NCBI GenBank assembly: GCA_951406725.2
Contig: OX597819.1
Span: 30,132,001 to 30,196,000, forward strand
Source: Octopus vulgaris
Taxonomy: Eukaryota
Direction: 5' to 3'
DNA: 64,000 nt
Below are positions 1 to 13,138 of this stretch, piece after piece. The position numbers and the translations under genes were made by a program. The notes beneath the pieces are model-generated. The model did not search any database and was not told where the DNA came from. It was given only the letters and a program-made list of their open reading frames with translations. The stretch's first letter is position 1; each line of letters starts with the position of its first letter.

Positions 1-499
1 AGAAAAAATAAATAAATACATATAAGTTACTTCCGTCAGTATCGATTTTTTTTGAGGTTTTTTTTTTTTTAGGTTTGAGGCGGGGAATCGCAACTTATTG
101 ACGATACTTTAGATAAGCGTAAAAACATTGGAAGATAACAACTCGCTATTACATTTCTGAGCGTTAATGCCAATATTGTAAGGCCATTATTTCATATGTT
201 TATGGCCAGAAGATGAATATTTTTGGACTCAAAATTATTTTACTCACTTTACTACATACATTGCTCTTCGATTTCTTGTTTTTCTTAGATTGGTTTTCTT
301 CGTGCTTCTTTCTTTCAGATTTGTATTTTGTCGTTTTCTTTGGTGTTCTCTGACAAAACTGTTTTTCTCCGATTTTGTCACCCGTTCTTTTCTTTCGCAT
401 TTTTATTTTCATTTTTTTCCCTCTGTTACTTAAGTTAATATTTCATCCCCAAAATTTGTATCTACATACATGTATCTACATAGATCGTTAGCCACTACA

Positions 500-668
500 C
501 ACATTTTTCTCTCCTTGTTTCTCTCCTTGTGTTTTCTGTGTCCCTTTCTGTAGAAGAGCGTAGGCTGGAAACATAAAAGACATTTTTTTATTCCTAGTGT
601 TATACTAATACATCTGTTTGTTTTGTACACCACCTGTCTTCGTCTTTTGTTTTTTTCGTAAACTCTCC
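500..668 (+). mobile_element. Penelope-type terminal-repeat remnant with degenerate minimal hammerhead motif
   Basis: CTGTAGA-A-GAGC-GTAG-GCTG-GAAA-CATA at 548-574 resembles the CUGANGA/stem II/GAAA layout, with mismatches. Confidence 0.35.
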
Positions 669-817
669 TTATCTACATATATATATGTATATGTGTATAT
701 ATGTATATACCTTTACATGAGTGTGCTGGTGTGTGTACACAGACAGGCAAACAGACAGACAATAAAACTCACAAAACCGCAAGATAGTTCATCTTAACTC
801 ATCTAAACACAATACTC

Positions 818-1248
818 GGATCTTTTCGGCAGTTTTTAACATAATTTCTAGGTAACTAAAAAAATTTAAACTTTGTATACTGGTACAATGTGTTTATAAA
901 ACATCTTTTTCTCTTGGCTTTATTGAGAAAATTCTATGGTTTGTAAGATATTTGTTGTTTTTTTTTCTTCAATTTCTGCAATTTCAACCAATCAAATACG
1001 TCTATTGGGGTAAAAAAACATTCTGTGCCGTATGAAAATGTCCCTCGTTTAAGAAACAGATTGGGTTTATTTACGTTTGTGAAGAAAAAAAAGATATCCT
1101 TCCCCCCACCCCTAACCCTAACTAACCCTAACTAACCCTAACCCTAAAACAGATTGAAATGCAATAGATCGATACTAGGGTCATAATTATGGGTGACAAT
1201 TTCATATGACACCGCTAGAAAAAACTGCCGTTCAACCCGAAAAGATCC
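818..1248 (+). mobile_element. MITE copy 1 (Merlin-like, carries telomeric repeats)
   Basis: Starts GGATCTTTTCGG(deletion)CAGTTTTT and ends AAAAACTGCCGTTCAACCCGAAAAGATCC. Internal (CCCTAA)n at ~1110-1147. Near-identical to four other copies in the window. Confidence 0.9.
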
Positions 1249-1529
1249 TATATATGTATATATGTGTATGCCATGTATATATTTATAAACCTCTCCATGA
1301 GTGTACTGGTTTGTGTACACAGACAGACAGACAGACAATAAAACTCCCAAAACCGCAAGATAGTACATCTTAACTCATCTAAGCACAATACTCAACTAAT
1401 ACTGAGAAACTAGAAATTCCTCTGGTTTAAGACATATGTCTAAAATGAAGAAAATAAAATGTAAATATTTATATGTGTGTCAGTGTGTATGCATATGTGA
1501 TTGTATAAATATGTGTGTGTGTGAAAGTA

Positions 1530-1650
1530 TACGAGAGGGTACTGAAAAATTCCTGGCTTTGGGCAAATGTAAGTAGAAGAGGATTTTATTCAACAAGGAT
1601 TTATTCTTCTGAAGATTCACACACTTATTGTAGCGGTCCTTCAGATTCTT
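1530..1650 (+). mobile_element. Tc1/mariner-type end fragment
   Basis: TA-CGAGAGGGTACTGAAAAATTCCTGG resembles a mariner terminal repeat; no partner end found. Confidence 0.4.
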
Positions 1651-1780
1651 CGTCAGGAATTACATACTGGCATGAATAATTACGACCAACAAGAACATAC
1701 AAAGCCCACAGGCTTATGGTGTAGTGGTTAAGAGCGCGGGCTACTAACCCCAAGATTCCGAGTTCGATTCCAGGCAGTGA

Positions 1781-1811
<31 letters not shown>

Positions 1812-2097
1812 GAAGGTACTGAAACCTATTTGAAAATGATACCAGGCTTACCATCCTTACAAGAAGTGCAAAAATCGTCTTAACTGGAACGGCTCATGTA
1901 CTGAGAAGAGCATTATCGATGTGAAAACAACATCCATTCATGAATTTATTTATTCATTAATTTTTTAAATACATATTTTACCTGTGAATTTGCGTGTGTA
2001 ATCTGGGAATGCATACAATGAGCTTCTCTGTCCTAGGTGTACGGAAAACACTCGTCGAGAAACGGAAGAAAATTTGAAGGAAGAAAGAAAAATACTA
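1812..2097 (+). mobile_element. 3' end of an R4/Dong-like (restriction-like endonuclease) LINE inserted in (AAT)n
   Basis: Translates with a frameshift as EGTETYLKMIPGLPSLQEVQK/IVLTGTAHVLRRALSM*, similar to the C-terminus of ORF 21570-22250. (AAT)n on both sides. Confidence 0.8.
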
Positions 2098-2100
2098 ATG

Positions 2101-2159
<59 letters not shown>

Positions 2160-2220
2160 TAATAATAATAACAACATCAAAAAATACCTTAGGAATGAGA
2201 ACACAGGTTCGAAATTTCCC

Positions 2221-2262
2221 CACCTGATGACGGCTGGAGAATATATCCGCCGAAATGTTGAG
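2221..2262 (+). ncRNA. Minimal type I hammerhead ribozyme motif
   Basis: CAC-CTGATGA-C-GGCTGG-AGAATATAT-CCGCC-GAAA-TGTT-GAG: intact core, stem II, very short stem III. Confidence 0.6.
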
Positions 2263-2464
2263 TTAACAACAAACAAAATGAGGACAAATATCCGTCAAAT
2301 GTAAATAATGTATATACAAAGACCTTTCATAGCCCAGACGGGAACGAACAAATGATAATTTGTAGACTGTATATTGGTTCTGTACCAACCTGGATTACGA
2401 ATGAAAGTTCGTCTACACCTACAAATTTTCTTTTCCTTATACTTTATATTTTGTTTACTACTCT

Positions 2465-3174
<710 letters not shown>

Positions 3175-4586
3175 ATATATATATATATTGGCTAGCACTT
3201 CAAATTTTGCCGAATGTCTTACACAGACGAGTCAACATGATCTTCACAAAACATGTGCATGTTTATATACACACACACACATATTATTCTTCGACAAGAA
3301 TGGTATTGACAGTGACTTCCAAGTTTCAACCAGAAGAATCGGTCTTGCGATTCTTTTCTGCAACATTCTAATCACATATCTGTAGTACCAGAGCTGTAAT
3401 GATCCAATGTAGAAAAGTAGCGGCTTAACTCCAGGTTAAGCCTGATCTCCCTAGTTGCCGAGCTGTGCACGTATGTATGCGTGTATGTATAAGCCCCTAT
3501 AACAGCATGTGTGTAGTTTTTGTTTATATTTGACCACAGATCAACCCTAATTAAAACATTCCAACTTAAACGACTCAGCTTATTTTTTCAGAGCTACCTA
3601 GTCCCATAGGCGGGGAATCTGTTGACACGGCTGTTTGTGACTTTTTTTTATACACCATCATCTGTAAAAATAGCGTATCGACACGTATTAAAATATTGAC
3701 TTGGTTGATTTTCGTTGTTATAATTCAACTGCACAAATAAACGGATTGATTTCGCATATCAAAATTTAGAGCGAGTGATGAGGGAGGTGCTTTCTTCAAA
3801 GATTTGTCGTGCTGCTCTGGGAAGGAAAAAGGAAAAAGATGAATAAAATCTTTCAATGACGCATAACGAAAATAGAATACATTACAATAGAACATTTGAA
3901 GTTGGCAGGTTGGTTTTGTATCGGCGTGAGAGTAAAAAATAGATGTAAAATTATCATTGAAAATATCAGTTATGTTCAAGATTTAGTAAAACGAAAAGAG
4001 ATAAATTAAAAAATATTTGAAGAAAATTACTTTTTTCTCCTGCTTTGCGTTTTATATCTCACTTGTGAGATTTACGTTTCTCTTAATAAACTCATCAATA
4101 ATATTTCTGGCAACGATGTAGCAGAGTAGAGCGGCTATATAACACCCAATAAAGGATTTTCGCGTTGATGTTTGTTTCCGGCTGGGATTTCTGAATTGTT
4201 TTAACAGAAGATCGATGTGAAAACAAGATTTTCGCATAAGATTATAGAGGCAAAGAAAGCATTGAAGCGATAATTCGATACTAGTCCTTCTAAAAGCATT
4301 CCAACATTTATTTTCTAGAGTAAAAGGCAATCACATTATCGAATATTATGTATAGGCTACAGAGTCACCAGTGGAAGTATTCTCAGACTACCAATCAAAT
4401 ATTCGTCAGCTCGCTAGTTCGTATCATCGCTCGGTTTTAATACATGTTGTTAGGGACCGTAGGTTTAAGCCCTTGGGTAGGAATGGTGAAGGACAGATTC
4501 CGTTAGGATGTTACCGTCACTTGTCTACACGTATTTAGCAGTTAGTCAAAGGCATGGAGTAAATAAGAAAAATATGAAAAATAAAA

Positions 4587-4949
4587 TCTCTCTATATATA
4601 AACGGCAAAATGTCTGCGTGTGTGTCCTTTATACAAATCCACAATTTTTCAGTTAGAGGGCTCGCACTTTCTATGGTCATTTAAAACTGTCCAAGGGTGG
4701 TCTTGCACATCTTTACATTTCCCCAGTCACCCCGCAAAGCCATTAAAAGATCAATAGAAGTGATTTTTGGTTAATTTTCTATCCAAAACCCAATCAAAAT
4801 GCTCGAAACTTGATACGCCAATTGAATGCCAGCTAGCTGTATGTGATTGGTCGGAGATTTGGACAGTACTCGCGTGTATGTGCGCACGCACGCAGCTGTA
4901 TATGCATGCACTAGCACTATGACCCGGCGTTGTCGGGTCATAGTGCTAG
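4587..4949 (+). mobile_element. Non-autonomous Helitron
   Basis: A^TC 5' end (TCTCTCTATATATAAAC). 3' end CTAG^T with a terminal hairpin CTAGCACTATGACCCGGC-GTT-GTCGGGTCATAGTGCTAG. No TSD. Confidence 0.85.
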
Positions 4950-5545
4950 TATACAATAAAGTAAAGAAAAATATTATGCGTAAGTAAACATATAGATACT
5001 TCCGTACCCACACTTGGTAAAATTACAGATTAACACCCGCACGATTTTCACTAAGAAAAAAAAAAAAGAAACTCGGGTTTTTTGCGTGGAATCAAGTACC
5101 CTGACCTCCTAATATGCTGCAAATCCCATATTTTGGTCCGGAATTGCTCCGGAAAGGGGGGGTAACACCCCCACCCCACCCCACCCGGGAATTTTCACAA
5201 GGAAAAAAAACAAAAAAAACTCAGTGAACAAATTATTGATATATTATATTATTGGGCAAAAGAAGATTTAGCAAAGGGAATAGCACAGGAATGTCGTATA
5301 GCAAATGTAGCCGTAACAGATTGGTCCTGTGTACACACACACACTCTCACATGCACAGTTAAGTAGATGTCATTAAACTTGAGCTAAACAGCTGTTGGAT
5401 TTGAAATGCGTTTCTTCAACGCCTTACATTGTTGATATCACTTGTAAGTCAGATATCACGTTGTTGATATCACGTGTAAGTTAGATCTTGTTGTATGTAA
5501 ATATACATACATTTTTTGTATTTCATGTTTTTAATTTACTTTGTA

Positions 5546-5848
5546 TTCTTTTATTCTTTTCAACCATTTGACAGCGGCCATGCTGGAGCACCAGTTTTAG
5601 TCGAACAAATCGACCCCAGGACTTATTCTTTGTAAGCCTAGCACTTATTCTATCGGTCTCTTTTGCCGAACCGCTAGATTACGGGGTTGTAAACACACCA
5701 GCATCGGTTTATCAAGCGATATTGATGGGCCCAAAGTCAGAGGCTATAGCAGAAAACACTTGCCCAATGTGCCACGCCGTAGTGGGACTGAACCCGGAAC
5801 TATGTGGTTGGGAGAAAGCTTCTTACCACAAAGCCATGTCAGCGCCTA
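5546..5848 (-). mobile_element. tRNA-derived SINE family B (internally deleted)
   Basis: Reverse complement matches the copy at 34909-35280, including the tail GGTGCTCCAGCATGGCCGC. Confidence 0.85.
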
Positions 5849-6192
5849 TATTGATGTGCCTAACGTGCCTATCATTACATTTACTTATATATATATCGCT
5901 GCTATCATGCAAAAGTGTAGTAAGTCCAAAACGTTGCTTTTTCAGAAAACGAAAAAACAGTTTTACCATTCCATAGCAAAATTGTCGTAACACTTTGGCA
6001 ATTTTTGATATCTTGGCATCCGAAACAGCTGAAGATACGATAGTCTGACCAAAGGAAGTGGCTATTGCAAGCAAAAATAAATATTGACAAATACGCATTT
6101 GGCCAAATTTGGACATACGACAGTTTAACATAATAGCAACGATGAGTGTGTGTGTGTGTATATATATATATATACATATATACATATATATA

Positions 6193-6385
6193 AAGTTAAT
6201 CCAAACAAGAAAACAAAAAAGACAACAACGCGAGGATGTGGAACAATTAAAGTATTATTAGGCGCTCAGGAAAAAAGGGAAGAAGGAGGGTATGACGTTT
6301 CGAGCGGAGCTCTTCGTCGGAAACATAGGAGAAAGAAAGATCCCGAGGTGGGAGGACAGAGGGAAAAAAATGCAAGTGGTCTTCA
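6193..6385 (-). mobile_element. Penelope-type short repeat with minimal hammerhead motif
   Basis: Minus strand 6320-6293 reads CCGACGA-A-GAGC-TCC-GCTC-GAAA-CGTC. A related 5' part occurs at 18673-18745. Confidence 0.6.
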
Positions 6386-6464
<79 letters not shown>

Positions 6465-6959
6465 AAAAGTGTAGGTGGCATACGAGTGGGTATATATTTA
6501 TAAAAAAGAAGTTTCAAAACGCCACTATATAAGATAAATTTTAATTTTCTGAGAGATTTTACATGTTTCAGTTCATCTTGAAAAAGCGAACCTTATCAAA
6601 AACATATATTTTAAAAAGTTAAGTGTAATAAAAAAAGTTGATAGTTGTTTCTTACTACTCTCAACAGAGTCCACGTGGTGGTGTTTTATGGGGGGGGGCA
6701 TAATGGGTGTCTTCTGCGTTGACTAGAATCGTTGGCTGTAATATATAAGACTATTGAAAAGGTTGCAAGACGCGACGAAAATTTTAGGAAAATAATAATA
6801 TGAAATAAGTGGAAATTTTACCGGTGAGTGTGTTACATTATAAGGCATAAAAAGAAAATGACTCTCCCCAGACACAACAGAATATGCTTCAACACACGAA
6901 CTCATATAAAGAATCTTGCAAACCAAATCCAAAAACGAAATATATATATATATATATGT

Positions 6960-7120
6960 ACACGATGGATTTCTTTCAGTTTCTATCAATCAAATCCACT
7001 CACAAGTTTTGGTCGACCTCAGACATTAGTAGAAGACACTCGCCCAAAATGCTACGGAGTGGGAATGAAGCTAGAACAATGTAGTTGGGAAACCGAACTT
7101 CTTACTATACAGCCCACGCC
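6960..7120 (-). mobile_element. SINE family B, 5' half
   Basis: Diverged match to GGGCAAGTGTCTTCTACTATAGCCTCGGGCCGACCAAAGCCTTGTGAGTGGATTTG. Confidence 0.75.
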
Positions 7121-8819
7121 AAGAAATGATTAACAATATATAGCTCAAAATGGTCTTTGCCATGTTTTTCAGCAACAAAAACGAATAAGTATTACATACG
7201 ACACAAAAATGATTGCTGATTTACTGAAAATATCTTTACTTCTAGGGATTGTAGACTGCCAGTTGATGGTAAGGGGGATTAATTTCAATTAAGAAAGGGA
7301 GATAAATCTCAACAATCAAGAATTAACCAAGCTTGGCATGCCATTAAGGAAAAAGCAAAAAGACAAGTGCGGACAGTATCGGTATATATATGTGAGAACA
7401 TATATATGTATGTATATATATATATATATATGTATGCACATATATATTTTCGTGTGTGTGTCTGTGTGTGTGTGCGTGTATGTGTATATATGTGTGTGTA
7501 AGTATGTATGTATGTATGTATTGTGTGTGTGAATATTTGTATGTTTGTGAGGGAGGCAGCAAAATGGACAGAATGCAACAGTTGTTATGTGTACATGAAA
7601 CTTACTTGTCTTTGGGAAAGAGAAAAGGCTTAATTGAAAAATAAACTTTCCTTGTAGCCAAGGCATTTGGGTGTTGATTTTTAATAGAATAATAATTACC
7701 TCTTTCACAACAGCTTTGGAGTGAGATGAGATTTTAACCAGAAAATAAAAAAAAAACTAATGGCTTTCTTTCGCATTGGGTTTTATGGCTAAAGGCCTTT
7801 GATGGAAATGTAATTATCTCTTCAGCTGTGCAACTCCAATGCTTTGAGAATCTGTAGCTTTCGCAGTATAATATTTTAATCATGTCAGCAGCTATGTGCA
7901 CAACCTTGTCTCTGTGTGTAAAGGTTCACTTTGTAACTATACGGTTTCGTAATCGATCTTATTGTGCCGTCCCATGGATAAGCGCTAAAGTGAGTGAAAA
8001 TTGGCAGATTGGAAAGTGCGTAAATACTGCTGTCCTCCGACAAAACACAGTTAGTCGATTTACAGAGTTTTGTCGGAGAATAGATATTTGCATTTCTTGG
8101 ATCATGCCTTATACATACTAGTGATATGATTTTGAAAATTTGTCAACTTTTCATTATACAGAAACCTTTGACACACAATAAGCTGGAAAAAAAAAGAACA
8201 ATTTCTTTTTTCTCTTTTTTCTTATTTGTATTCATTTTCAGTTTTTTGCAGTCCTCTCAGTTCCTTGTGTTTTGTCAGATGGGAGTAGAATACCCGTGTT
8301 TGAGACCGCTCCTATTTAGACAAACGCACATAATATGTCGTCTGGTTTAGCACCGTCATCTGGCAGTATTCACTTCGTCACAAGCATTCAGATTATGTAT
8401 CCGGTTCCATAATAACTTTTTGTTACCCTTTTTCAAATCACAAAATATTCAAAAATTTCAAGGGTGCCGCCTTTCTTCCTAATGAATAGATTATATATAG
8501 CAAGCTATACTTCGTTTCTGACATATGTCTAGAGCTAGTTTTCCCCTGTAACTTAATCTATACTATAGATGTTAGAACAAAATTTTAAGAACTAGCTGTT
8601 AATTGTAAGTCAAGCAACACAGCTCTCATTTATACTGTGCAAGACCAATCTCACCTTAAACCAAATCCATAAGAAATAACTGAATCTCTCTTCCAAAGAA
8701 CATCGAAGACACCCGAGTTATTTGCGTGGAACTGTGAAAGGCGAGAAATATGCTTGTACCGCCTAATGCAAAATGAAAGTATAGAATATTTGTATGCATG
8801 TTTGTATTCTTGGAAGCTC

Positions 8820-8985
8820 AAACACATACATACACACACACACAAACAAACACATACACACAAACACACGCACGTACAACACTCATTTAAATATGTGTAC
8901 ACATACACATGCATATACAGATGTGTATATGTATGTGTGTATATACAAATATATATGAGTATATATACTTATGCCTGTGTATGTG

Positions 8986-9021
<36 letters not shown>

Positions 9022-9107
9022 AGTGTATATATATTATATATATATATATATATACACATACATATCTATACTCACACACACACACACATATATATATAGC
9101 TAGATAT

Positions 9108-9185
<78 letters not shown>

Positions 9186-9865
9186 TCTATATATAAACAT
9201 ATATGTGTGTGTGCATATATATATATATATATATATGAAGCACTCAGACATTCACAGAGAGATATACATATAAATATGTATGCACGCACATACATATACA
9301 CATTTGTATTAATATGTATGTATGTTTGTCTGTGTGTGTATGTGTCTGCTTGTGTGTGCGTGTGTATATGCGTGCGTGTGCATATATCTTTATGTATACT
9401 TGTGCATGTGTTTTATATATCGTACGTGTATGTACATATGTAAATGTGTTTCTTTGCGTGTGGCCGTGTACACATATATATGCATGTAAACATGTATGTA
9501 TGTATGTATGTATGTATGTATGTATGTATGTATGTATGTATGTATGTATGTATGCTAATTATATAGTATCTAAATATGACGTGAACATCCATATACGCAG
9601 GCCTGTGTTGAAGGAAAAAAACGCACCAATATATTAAATAACAAACTAAAACAAGAATATAATTGAATATTTCTGCACTTAATATTTCTATACACGCCAT
9701 TCGTAGATAATATAATACAGTAAAATATAATATAGTAAAATATAATATAGTAAAATATAATACATATAATATATATATGTATATGTATATCTATATGTAT
9801 ATGTATGTATGTATGTATATACATACATGTATGAATCTGCGCATGTGTGCGCATGTGCGTGTGTT

Positions 9866-9922
<57 letters not shown>

Positions 9923-10234
9923 GTGTGTAGAAATGGAGGTACGTTTGAGTAAAGAGTACATTTGAAGTTAAGAAGAAAACAATGCACTAGGCTTTTCTTA
10001 TTCAATCGTCTAATGTTTCCACTCCTCACAAAAATATGGCGAAACACTGCGTTTGGTTCCTTTAAAGTAAAACAGAGAAAAAATATATATTTCGTTCTTA
10101 AATAAGGATGCATTCTCTGTCTCCTACACTCCTCTCTCTTTCTCACTCTCTCTCTCTATCTATCTATCTCTCTCTCTCTCTCTCTCTCTGTCTTTATATA
10201 TATATATATATATACACGTATATATTTGTATATG

Positions 10235-10274
<40 letters not shown>

Positions 10275-10378
10275 TGTGTGTGTATAAAATATGTACGTAT
10301 AAATATGCAAATGGATATGCACAAGCATATATATATGTGCATATATACATAATAAAATATATATGTCTGTGTATGCAT

Positions 10379-10419
<41 letters not shown>

Positions 10420-10525
10420 CATATATTGATATACATACACACACACACACAAATCCACTCCCACGAACGCACACCTACACGCGCACACTTATATGTACAT
10501 ATATGCGTGTTTTATATATACATAC

Positions 10526-10593
<68 letters not shown>

Positions 10594-10727
10594 ATAGAAA
10601 TAGATATAGATATATGTACATTTATGTATTTATATACACATACATATATATATATAAGTATATACATACATCTACATACATATATGTATATAAGTATATG
10701 CATATATATATATATATATACATACAC

Positions 10728-10774
<47 letters not shown>

Positions 10775-11020
10775 CATATATATATAATCCACCTGAATAT
10801 TGCATCTATTGAATGCATCGAATACATTACCGCATTCCTCCATACTCATACCGAAGCCTTCAGAGAAAAATGTGTGTTGAAAGTGAGAACTGTAATTTCT
10901 GCTGCATATCAATCAGGGCCTTTTTTTTTTTTTTTACCTCCTTTGCTTATTTGCTTTTTTTTTTTTTGCTTTTTTCTATTCTTTTGTTCTTTACGTCTTT
11001 TTATATTTCTTCTTAGCTTG

Positions 11021-11052
<32 letters not shown>

Positions 11053-11183
11053 TTTTATTTTATTTTATCATCACATTCGGAATAGTGTTGTTGCGGGGAG
11101 GTGTGGTTGTTGGAAGAATATATTTTTACCGAAACATTCTAAGGCACCATAAAATTCTCGAAAGTCACAGAAGTATTCTGTTG

Positions 11184-11214
<31 letters not shown>

Positions 11215-11505
11215 TACTGCTACTGCTGTTATTCAGCTTCTTCGGTTCTTCCCCTCCTCTTACTCTCCCTTTATGTTATTTGTTGTTGCACTTTGTCATT
11301 ATTTCCCATTATTTCTTTTATTTTTCTATATATTTCATATTCGTTTATTTGTCTTTTTATATTATTCTACGTGTATATATATATACACATATATGTGCGT
11401 GTGTGTGTGTGTGTTTGCAGGCATGTATGCGTCTGTGTGTGTAAGCGTGTGTATCTCTGAATGTAGGTATGTATGTATGTATGTATGTATGTATATGTAT
11501 GCGCT

Positions 11506-11565
<60 letters not shown>

Positions 11566-11865
11566 CGCTTGTGTGTGTGTGGGGGGTGTTTTGTTTCTTG
11601 TTTTTTTTTATCGATTCAAATCAATTAGATGTCAGTTTTCGAAAAACAATAAGAGAAGTCACCATGGAATATAAATATACATTTATGTGTACGTGTGTTT
11701 GGGTACACATACACACACATACACACTCGCACATATATATATAGAGAGAGACAGAGAGGGAGAGAGGGGGAGAAAGAAATTTTTCTATTATGCATACATA
11801 TGCATTCTACGTATGTGTGCTTGAATGTATAAATGTATGTGTATATATTTATATTTATATATATA

Positions 11866-11943
<78 letters not shown>

Positions 11944-12077
11944 ATGTATGTATATATGTGTGTGTGTATATATATATATACATGTATGTATATATATACA
12001 TATATATATATATATATACATGTATGTATATATATACATATATACATGTATGTATATATATATGCACACACACACAC

Positions 12078-12130
<53 letters not shown>

Positions 12131-12302
12131 GAGGCAATAATTTGTATATATACGTACACATATACATATATGCAAGCATGCGTGCATACATACATACATA
12201 CATACATATATAAATACATACATACATACATTGTGTTTGTACATAAGTGAAGTGGGCCGCACAGATGTGTGTGTGTGTGTTTGTGTATGTGTGTGTGTGT
12301 GT

Positions 12303-12334
<32 letters not shown>

Positions 12335-12335
12335 C

Positions 12336-12366
<31 letters not shown>

Positions 12367-12440
12367 CTGTGTGTGACTGTACACCTTTATGTGTGTCTGT
12401 ATGCATGCACTATGCACCAGTATAAATATAAACATATGCT
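8820..12440. repeat. Cluster of compound microsatellites (AT, GT, TATG, GATA, CT, CTG, poly-T)
   Basis: Direct inspection; explains the many YI/CV/TH pseudo-ORFs. Confidence 0.95.
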
Positions 12441-12850
12441 CTCTTGCATATCATTGTTACTGCTGTTACTGATGTTGTTGTGACTGCTGTTGTTTCAGCT
12501 GATGTTTCTCCTGTTGTTGCTGGTGTTGTTACTATTCCTGGCACCATTTTTTGTTGCTCTCACTGTTGTTGTAATACTCGTTGTTAGTGTTGTTGTTCCG
12601 TTTTCTTGCAACTATAATTTCTCATGTTTAGTTACAATGAGACATCATTATTGTTAGTTGAAGTTATTTCTTTCTCAACCTGCTACAGAAACCGTTTGAT
12701 GTTTAGACTTCAGATAGCTTTTCCGAGTGCCTTGGCTATTCTTTTCTTTAGTTTTCTATGCGATGTTGATGCCTTGTCTCTGTTAAATTTGGCGTCATAT
12801 CTCTTATTGTTCCGTACACAGAAGATTTATTTCCTTCTGCGTGTTATCCT

Positions 12851-12888
<38 letters not shown>

Positions 12889-12918
12889 CGTATGTATATG
12901 TATATTCATACGTATATA

Positions 12919-12965
<47 letters not shown>

Positions 12966-13034
12966 AATATATATATTTATATATGTATATATATATTTAT
13001 ATATATATATATATTTATATGTATATATATATAT

Positions 13035-13083
<49 letters not shown>

Positions 13084-13138
13084 CATATGTGTATACCTAT
13101 ATTATATATATATGTGTGTGTGTGTGTATTATAGCTAT

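Larger units (their letters stand above)
1708..2313 (+). mobile_element. tRNA-headed SINE-like element with 3' minimal hammerhead ribozyme motif, interrupted by a LINE fragment in its (AAT)n
   Basis: A box TGGTGTAGTGG and B box GAGTTCGATTCC, then (AAT)n. Hammerhead motif at 2221-2262. Flanked by ATACAAAGCCC (1697-1707) and ATACAAAGACC (2314-2324). Confidence 0.7.

Noticed and set aside
1110-1147. Telomere or chromosome-fusion site
   Set aside because: The CCCTAA tracts are short and internal to a repeated MITE.
1711-1782. Functional tRNA gene
   Set aside because: A/B boxes are present but the acceptor stem does not pair and the sequence continues into a repeat body, so it is a SINE head. 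The same holds for the other tRNA-like heads.
12699-12850. Signal-peptide-like stretch [25 protein letters not shown]
   Set aside because: T-rich sequence gives hydrophobic translations by chance; no convincing donor or following domain.
7300-13130. Numerous YI/CV/TH/MYVC-rich ORFs here and throughout the window
   Set aside because: Translations of di-, tri- and tetranucleotide microsatellites.
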